From positions 1 to 33,354 of the forward strand of contig JBEKGO010000028.1 in NCBI GenBank assembly GCA_050012755.1: a stretch of DNA of 33,354 bases, read 5' to 3'. Origin of the DNA: Candidatus Bathyarchaeia archaeon. GTDB lineage: Archaea > Thermoproteota > Bathyarchaeia > Bathyarchaeales > Bathycorpusculaceae. The position numbers and the translations under genes are program-made. Below the pieces are notes generated by a model, which worked only from the letters and a program-made list of their open reading frames with translations, searched no databases and was not told the origin of the DNA. Below, piece after piece: positions 27,391 to 33,354 of this stretch. The first letter of the stretch is position 1. Every line of letters starts with the position of its first letter.

Positions 27391-27483
27391 ATTTATTAGT
27401 TGTGTAAACACCTAACCCTGCAACCATAGCGGTGTATACACTTTTAGTTGCTACGGTATATACGTGCATGATACAAGCAGGGT
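27391..27483 (-). promoter_or_regulatory. Surface-protein promoter with palindromic operator-like sites
   Basis: TATA-like TAATAAAT (minus strand, 27398-27391). Immediately upstream are GTGTAAACAC (27402-27411) and the perfect palindrome GTGTATACAC (27432-27441), exactly 30 bp apart, then GTATATAC (27456-27463) and the inverted pair ACCCTGC/GCAGGGT (27415/27477). Confidence 0.5.
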
Positions 27484-27581
27484 AAAACAGCCAAAAACGC
27501 CGCTTACTCAACCCTAAAAAACAAACCGCAATCCAAATCTGAATGCCTGTTCCAAACGACACGGTCGAAATGCGCGGGCGA

Positions 27582-28160
27582 CTACGACGCCTTTTTGGAC
27601 GACAAAATTATCATACCTTTTGAAAGGTCAACATTCTCAATCTTGTAGCCGATTCCGTTCATGGCGCCTTCTATAAATTTGGCAAGCAAATTTGTGTTCT
27701 CAAGAGACATGACCGTTGAGACGCAGCGAACCTTCACAGAGTCACCACTTGCTTTAACATCCACCTCGTTGAGGTCCCAGCGACTCAACTCCAGAAAACG
27801 CCCAAATGCTTCAACAGGATTAGAAAACTTTTCTGCCAAATACTTACCATTCCACTGCCCACTTTCAAACCACAAAGTTTGCAACTGAACAAAACCGGTT
27901 TTACCGCATTTTTCAATCATGAAATCCAAAACCCCTGAAGGAACAAACAATCCGCCCAGAACCCTGTTTGCCTGCAGGACTTCAAAAAAATCCGCGATCT
28001 GATCACTACGGTATCCAAGCTTGTTAACCTTTACAGCCTGTAACAAAGAATTTTCAACAACCTTGCTTAAAGAAACTCCCTCATTCCTAGAAATCGTTGC
28101 AGCTTGATCAATCGCGTCTTCCGAGACAGAAATCAGTTTTTTGCCTTTTGCACTGGCCAT
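27582..28160 (-). CDS. RHH-like N-terminus plus V4R/ligand-binding-like C-terminal domain protein (paralog 2)
   Basis: KKLISVSEDAIDQAATISRNEGVSLSKVVENSL fits a beta-helix-helix RHH pattern. WFESGQWNGKY...W...VRC...FIEGAM.G.GY resembles V4R-like folds. TAATG coupling to paralog 1. Confidence 0.6.
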   Translation of the reverse strand: MASAKGKKLISVSEDAIDQAATISRNEGVSLSKVVENSLLQAVKVNKLGYRSDQIADFFEVLQANRVLGGLFVPSGVLDFMIEKCGKTGFVQLQTLWFESGQWNGKYLAEKFSNPVEAFGRFLELSRWDLNEVDVKASGDSVKVRCVSTVMSLENTNLLAKFIEGAMNGIGYKIENVDLSKGMIILSSKKAS

Positions 28161-28750
28161 TAACTCTGCACTTCCCGGTTCGAAACAGCTTCCAAACGAA
28201 TATTTCCCCGACCTACCTCGTTAAAAGTCACCTTGTATCCGCAACCTTCCAGAATCCCCTCTAAGTAACGATTAAACAGGACTGTGTATATCTTGGAGAA
28301 ACGCGGACTTAAGATTCGAATGGAAACTCCCTGCCCACTGCGTTCGAATGTGACGCTAAGAATGTTCCAGCCGAAAACTTTCAACTCTCGCTCGTACGCA
28401 CTAAGTGGATCGTTAACGCCGCGTGCAATGTATCGTCGTGCAATCCAGAGGCCCGCGTCAAACCAAGTTTTCAAAGTTTTCTCGCTGTCTGCCTCATATG
28501 CTATGTCAGCGTTATCATAGAGCAAACTTTCCAGTACAAGAGTAAAACTTGCATCCCGAACTTCCTTGGTTAACTCATACGTGTCAACAGCCTCTTTCAA
28601 TGTAATTCCCATGCCGTCCACTTTAATGGCTAAATCCAGTAAATCATTAACCATGCCGAAAATCGTAAAGCCCCGCTGCTCCGCAATCTTTCCGACTTTA
28701 TCCGCCAAGTCATCCCTAGCAGCTAGCATCTTACGTTTACCACTCGCCAT
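28160..28750 (-). CDS. RHH-like N-terminus plus V4R/ligand-binding-like C-terminal domain protein (paralog 1)
   Basis: RKMLAARDDLADKVGKIAEQRGFTIFGMVNDLL and WFDAGLWIARR...FGW...YLEGILEGCGY. Start moved to the ATG at 28750 (MASGKRK, parallel to MASAKGKK), with GAGGTG upstream. Confidence 0.6.
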   Translation of the reverse strand: MASGKRKMLAARDDLADKVGKIAEQRGFTIFGMVNDLLDLAIKVDGMGITLKEAVDTYELTKEVRDASFTLVLESLLYDNADIAYEADSEKTLKTWFDAGLWIARRYIARGVNDPLSAYERELKVFGWNILSVTFERSGQGVSIRILSPRFSKIYTVLFNRYLEGILEGCGYKVTFNEVGRGNIRLEAVSNREVQS

Positions 28751-29313
28751 ATGCACACGGCACCTCAATTTACACACTGCAACAGAACCTAATAAAATCA
28801 CCTCAAAAAACCATGTGTCCCAAACCACCACTCAGAGCGTCTGAGAAAGGAGAAAAATACGGTTCCAATCAGCTCTAACATGCTGCTCCCTATCGCCTAA
28901 GGCTAAAAGACGCCATGAACTTGAAAACGCCGATTTTTTAAACAGGACCCTTCAGTGACAGCACATTCATTTCTCAATTCAGATCTTTCGTATGTGAGAT
29001 TATGGCAGTGCAAGTTGAAGGCTCGTTGTAAAACTGCATAAAAGCGTTCACGGTGCAGCCGCATCAACAAAGACGCATCAAATATTCTACTCAATTTCCG
29101 TGTTCACAAAATTGCAGAAGTTAGAACACGCAAGAACTTCCGTGCACTCTACCTACATTCTTTTCGTGCATTAAAGAAGTCGTTTAGGTTCAATCTCACT
29201 TCAATTTCATGGAAGAACAGTTCAAAACTTTTAACCGCTCAGCACCCTTTTCAAGGAGCATTTACAATTTCAAGCCAAATCCAAACGTATTACCATCGAA
29301 AGTAAGCCCATTT

Positions 29314-29331
29314 TTGAACCTGCAGGTTCAA
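29314..29331. repeat. Perfect 18-bp palindrome
   Basis: TTGAACCTGCAGGTTCAA equals its own reverse complement. Confidence 0.85.
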
Positions 29332-29370
29332 TTTAACTCTGAAAAGTTTCCCTAAGCGCACTTAAGCCTT

Positions 29371-29480
29371 TAGAAACACAAAACAACGCAGATAAACGGG
29401 AATAAACGCAGAACAACGCGAATCAACGCAGAAAAACGCAGGAACACGCGCCTCAACGCAGAACAACGCGAAAAAACTCA
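29371..29480. repeat. Non-coding tandem array of 11 degenerate 10-bp units (core AACGCR)
   Basis: tagaaacaca aaacaacgca gataaacggg aataaacgca gaacaacgcg aatcaacgca gaaaaacgca ggaacacgcg cctcaacgca gaacaacgcg aaaaaactca. Confidence 0.85.
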
Positions 29481-29662
29481 ACCTGCAAACAAATCAAACA
29501 CTGAACCAAAAAAGCAAACTGAAACACAAACAACAAAATTTGCCTCAGGAAGCAATATCAAAAACCAGCCTAAGGTTACCAGAGTTTCCAAAGTAGCTTG
29601 TCCATGTACTCAAATTTCAAAAAAATTTAAAGGAGACAACAAGAATAACTTATTAGATTGCT

Positions 29663-30583
29663 ATGAGATTTTTTTTGGTATTTTTGTTATTCTCAACTCT
29701 GTTTTTAACTGCCGGAAGCTTCGCTCTTAGCCAAGCTCAAAGCCCAAACCAAAACGTTTACGCTTTAGAGATTCAGGGTTTAGCTTGGGATAAGTCAACA
29801 TTAAAAATTCTTTTAACCACTCCAAATAACGAATCATGGTGGAACCCAATCTACGTTAATTCCACGCTTCGCGCCATAGGCCAATGGAATGACGCCATCA
29901 GCTACTTTGCATCTCACAATGCAGACTATGCTTATCTTTCTAATCTTCAATTGGAACCAACTGTTTTGAATTATACAGAATCTGGCTTTGACATTTATAT
30001 AAACTGGACGCAAAGCAACTTGGCAGGTTCAGTAGATGAAATAGGATTGGCAACATTAACCAGTAAGGATAACCAAATTATCGGGTGCACCATTAATCTT
30101 GCTACACATACACATCACGGGGAACCTTTAATTGATGGAGACATGCAAAACATCGCTCTTCATGAGTTAGGGCATGCCCTAGGTTTAGGGCATACCAATG
30201 AAACTGGCGACGTCATGTTTCCAGATATTGCCCTGTTAGGTGCCAGTAAATCAATCTCTACCCTAGACGCTTATGGCGTAGCAACCACATTTGCATGGAT
30301 GACGTACCAATTCAACTTCTATCCTGTTAGCGACTGGTTACGAGGAACCCCGGTAGTTTTACCATCGTACATTCAATATAGCTATTTACCTGTGTCTCCT
30401 CAAAACGCTCGACCTAACACGCTCCAGAATAACATAATTCTCCAAAACGTGATTTTAGGTTTTGAATTGTTTCTACATCCTATCATACTTGTACCAATCT
30501 CGGCACTTATCATTTTTTTGATCGCTATTGTTTTGATTGACAGGTTAAGAAGAAATAGGCGGGCATCTAAGGCTGATTCATAA
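29663..30583 (+). CDS. Matrixin (M10-like) zinc metalloprotease, secreted and C-terminally membrane-anchored
   Basis: HELGHALGLGH metzincin motif, Met-turn DVMFP, N-terminal signal peptide, C-terminal TM followed by a basic tail. Confidence 0.9.
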   Translation: MRFFLVFLLFSTLFLTAGSFALSQAQSPNQNVYALEIQGLAWDKSTLKILLTTPNNESWWNPIYVNSTLRAIGQWNDAISYFASHNADYAYLSNLQLEPTVLNYTESGFDIYINWTQSNLAGSVDEIGLATLTSKDNQIIGCTINLATHTHHGEPLIDGDMQNIALHELGHALGLGHTNETGDVMFPDIALLGASKSISTLDAYGVATTFAWMTYQFNFYPVSDWLRGTPVVLPSYIQYSYLPVSPQNARPNTLQNNIILQNVILGFELFLHPIILVPISALIIFLIAIVLIDRLRRNRRASKADS

Positions 30584-31181
30584 AGTCAATAAAATCTTCC
30601 ACTTTTCTTGGCTGCAAAACATAATTCGATTTTTTTTCTTCACCTATCGTTGACGAAGATTTCAAGCCATAATCATGCCCAGGAAAAACTTCCGTGGCGT
30701 CATCCAGTTTTAACAGCTTGTTGAACAGGCTATCATACAAATTTCTGGAACTGCCACCCAACAAATCAGTCCGTCCACATTCCCCAACAAACAACGTGTC
30801 ACCTGTCAACAGTTTCTTGTCATCTATCAAAATGCAAATGCTGTCGAGCGAGTGACCAGGAGTGTAAATAACCTTTAGCAAAACTTTGCCAATGGCTAAT
30901 ACGTCTCCGTCATCCACTGCAATATCAAAGTCAACCCTTGACAGTTTATGCGCAACTATTTTGGCTCCAAAAATAGATTTTAGCTCGAGGTTACCAGCTG
31001 TGTGATCAGAATGCCCATGAGTATTAATGATATACTTTAAATTGAATTTTTTAGCTTTTAAAATTCTAATTATTTCACCTGAATTGAAGCTTGAATCAAC
31101 AACTGCTGCTTCCTTGTCGTCTTCGTCTGCTATCAAATACGAAAAGTTGTCGCCGTGCTGCTGAATTTGCTTAAAAAACAT
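30567..31181 (-). CDS. MBL-fold metallo-hydrolase (glyoxalase II / persulfide dioxygenase-like)
   Basis: THGHSDH, TPGHS, TGDTLF, GRTDL and PGHDY motifs. Confidence 0.92.
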   Translation of the reverse strand: MFFKQIQQHGDNFSYLIADEDDKEAAVVDSSFNSGEIIRILKAKKFNLKYIINTHGHSDHTAGNLELKSIFGAKIVAHKLSRVDFDIAVDDGDVLAIGKVLLKVIYTPGHSLDSICILIDDKKLLTGDTLFVGECGRTDLLGGSSRNLYDSLFNKLLKLDDATEVFPGHDYGLKSSSTIGEEKKSNYVLQPRKVEDFIDFMNQP

Positions 31182-31228
31182 ACATTTTAAACTCCAAGCC
31201 CTTACATAAGATTAATTTCCAAAATATG

Positions 31229-31971
31229 TTATGTTAGGAGCTTTAAAAGTACATTTATGTCTGACGGAGGAAAACCTGAATAATACTTGCCAAAATAACC
31301 GTAAACCTCTATGTTCTTGCTAAGCCAAGGCTTTATTTTTTCTGCCCATAATCTCAGATTTTCGGTTTTATCGGTTTCTATCTTGCCTAATGTGCCGTTG
31401 ACTTTGCTTCGGTCGCCTTCCCACCTGATATAGAGAAAATCAGAGGTTACCTCTCTACTTCGAGACATGCTAGGGCTATCAACCCAAGCCAACGCGGCAC
31501 TATTAGCGCGTAGAAGCGAGTAGAAGTTGCTGTTAAGCCATCGCTCATCTCTGACTTCAACTACATAGCGACGGTTCTTCGGAAGCCTCTGGAGAAAATC
31601 TGCCAAATCAGAAAAATGGTCAACCCCGAAGGTGGATGGAAATTGCAAAAGAAAAGCGCCAAGTTTTCTGCCAAGCAGTTCTGTTCTTTCAAGAAAAAGG
31701 TCGGTTTCTCGCTCGCAGTCTTTGAGCATTTTAATGTGGGTGATAACGCTTGGGAACTTGAATGAGAAGGAAAAGTTGCTAGGTGTCTGGCTTTCCCATT
31801 TTGTAACGGCTTTCTCGGTTGGGATACGGTAAAATGTGTTGTCAACCTCAACCGTGTCAAATTTGGCTGAGTAATAGCCAAAAATTCTCCGGAAGAAAAT
31901 TTGCCTGGGTAAAATTTGTCTTTCCAAAAATTGTAGCTCCAGCCTATGGTGCCCAAATGAAGGTTACGCAT
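31229..31971 (-). pseudogene. DUF72 (YecE/YunF-like) protein with a single frameshift near 31876-31885
   Basis: The N-terminus MRNLHLGTIGWSYNFWKDKFYP...EFL is in one frame. YYSAKFDTVEVDNTFY...ITH...LLQFP...VEVR...YIRWEG continues in the -1 frame. Confidence 0.8.
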
Positions 31972-31972
31972 G

Positions 31973-33337
31973 CTAATCTTTGCCCTTTAACAGTAGCCAA
32001 CTTTTCTCTTTGCCCTTTGCCTTTTTTAGCCACACCAAAACATAGCGTCCTTTAAGCCTTTGACCATTAAGCGTAAACTCAATCTTGCTTTCATCCCAAA
32101 ACTTAGTTTCATAGTGCCCTTTGTCCCAGATCTTGACTGTTCCAGCACCATATTGTCCTTTGGGAATTGAACCCTCAAAATTTGCATATTCAAACGGATG
32201 ATCCTCTGTTTCCACAGCCAAATGCCGCTGACTAGGCGTTTCAGGTATTCCTTTTGGAACAGCCCAGCTTTTCAAAACCCCATCTTTTTCCAGTCTTAGA
32301 TCATAATGAAGAGCTCTGGCATAGTGCTCTTGGACGACAAAAATTTGTCTCTCGTCTTTTTTTTCGCCTCCTGCAGGTTCAGGGGTTTGTTGAAAATTAC
32401 GTTTGGAAGCATATTCGGATAGCTTCTCTTTGGATGATATCCCATTTTTTTTGGCTCCATCAAACTGGTCAATAGTGCATTCAGCAGGCAGTTTGTCGTC
32501 TCTTAGTCCTTTGAAACGTGGCATTCTTAACCTCAAATCTTTTGTCACAACTTGAAAAGCAACTTCACAAACTATTCTGGGCTCAAGCCAGGTAACTTTG
32601 TCGCCAGCTTCGGTTTTAAAAGGCGCGGCATCCGTTTTTAATTTTTCAAATTTATTCATTAAAATCCCCAGCATTTCCTGCGTAAAACCTGTCCCGACCT
32701 TTCCCACATAAACAGGTTTGCCATCTTTATCGTAGAGCCCTAAAATTAATGCGCCAAAAGTTTTTCCTCTGGACTGCATGCCGTGTGTGTAGCCAAAAAT
32801 CACGCAGTCACAAGTTTTAAGTTTCTTTATTTTTAACCAACTCCCAGTCCGTAAACCTTCCTCATAATGGCTTTCTTTGTTTTTCGCCATCACCCCTTCC
32901 AAGCCTTTCTCCAAAACCAGCTTGTAGTAAGCTTCTCCTTTCTCCTCAATGAAGTCAGACAAAAAAACACGTGAACCCTCTTTCAATGAATCCTTTAAAA
33001 TTTGTTTCCTCTCCATCAATGGTAAGTTAGTAAGTGATTTGCCATCTTTTTCCAAAATATCAAAAACAATATATGTTGCAGGCGCCCGATTGGTTTGTCT
33101 TTGAATTTCGCCTGACGAAATTGCTTGGCCTCGTTCCAGAAGGGCTTGAAAATCAGGTTTGCCCTCGCTCATTACAACTATTTCGCCGTCTACAACTATG
33201 CTGCCGGCTAATTTTGTTAGCTCTGTAAGTTCCGGAAAGTTATATTTTAGTTCCTTTTGGTTGCGGCTTTTTACGCTGTAGGGTTCATATATGTTGGAGT
33301 TGGCGCGAAAGGGATATCTTTTGATTTTGTTTTTGGT
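31973..33337 (-). CDS. ligD: NHEJ-type ATP-dependent DNA ligase LigD: ligase + OB + C-terminal 3'-phosphoesterase (PE) domain; 5' end damaged or incomplete
   Basis: The frame is open upstream of the track ATG (33172): FRA...KSRNQKEL...FPEL...VVDGEIVV. It continues with VFDIL, EGVMAK, WLKIK, YVGKVGTGF and LRMPRFKGLRDDK. PE domain: FVVQEHYARALHYDLRLE...SWAVPKG...EDHP...YGAGTVKIWDKG. Confidence 0.88.
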   Translation of the reverse strand, partial: TKNKIKRYPFRANSNIYEPYSVKSRNQKELKYNFPELTELTKLAGSIVVDGEIVVMSEGKPDFQALLERGQAISSGEIQRQTNRAPATYIVFDILEKDGKSLTNLPLMERKQILKDSLKEGSRVFLSDFIEEKGEAYYKLVLEKGLEGVMAKNKESHYEEGLRTGSWLKIKKLKTCDCVIFGYTHGMQSRGKTFGALILGLYDKDGKPVYVGKVGTGFTQEMLGILMNKFEKLKTDAAPFKTEAGDKVTWLEPRIVCEVAFQVVTKDLRLRMPRFKGLRDDKLPAECTIDQFDGAKKNGISSKEKLSEYASKRNFQQTPEPAGGEKKDERQIFVVQEHYARALHYDLRLEKDGVLKSWAVPKGIPETPSQRHLAVETEDHPFEYANFEGSIPKGQYGAGTVKIWDKGHYETKFWDESKIEFTLNGQRLKGRYVLVWLKKAKGKEKSWLLLKGKD

Positions 33338-33354
33338 TTATTTTTTTGTTTAGG

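Noticed and set aside
28903-29094. 63-aa minus-strand ORF in the intergenic region
   Set aside because: No RBS, no recognisable motif, and a length expected by chance.
29371-29480. Possible CRISPR array or coding repeat
   Set aside because: Units are 10 bp and contiguous with no unique spacers, no cas genes are present, and no credible ORF spans the array.
28751-29662. Replication origin (ORB/cdc6 type)
   Set aside because: No recognisable ORB boxes with G-strings and no adjacent orc1/cdc6 gene. It cannot be fully excluded without skew data.

Overview
Archaeal DNA, most consistent with a TACK-group archaeon, probably Bathyarchaeia. This is inferred from the gene families, the GGTGA/GAGG ribosome-binding sites and frequent TTG starts; the window has no marker gene. 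Almost all genes are on the minus strand and form a cell-envelope locus. In transcription order these are: two paralogous RHH-like/V4R-like proteins (27.6-28.75 kb); a 1319-aa secreted protein with about 12 Ig/IPT-like repeats and no membrane anchor; a co-transcribed 313-aa protein with Ig domains, a collagen (Gly-X-Y)18 segment and a C-terminal TM helix; and a ~22-kb glycosylation cluster. The cluster holds 3 SDR epimerases, GT2 and GT4 enzymes, a class-II glutamine amidotransferase/N-acetyl-sugar amidotransferase fusion, methyltransferases, a nucleotidyltransferase, a TMK-like kinase, a 1225-aa polytopic membrane protein and a CruF-like protein. An MNT-HEPN toxin-antitoxin pair sits between two copies of an epimerase 3' end (44-bp direct repeat). 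A ~0.9-kb intergenic region carries an 11 x 10-bp repeat array and an 18-bp palindrome. The right end encodes a matrixin protease, an MBL hydrolase, a frameshifted DUF72 gene and a 5'-damaged LigD (ligase + phosphoesterase). The best candidate for a new system is a SlaA/SlaB-like two-component S-layer whose anchor uses a variable-length, Thr-rich collagen triple helix instead of a coiled coil, with a candidate RHH regulator pair and operator sites upstream and a glycosylation cluster downstream. All family calls come from motif recognition by eye, not from database searches. No rRNA, tRNA, CRISPR array or transposase was seen.
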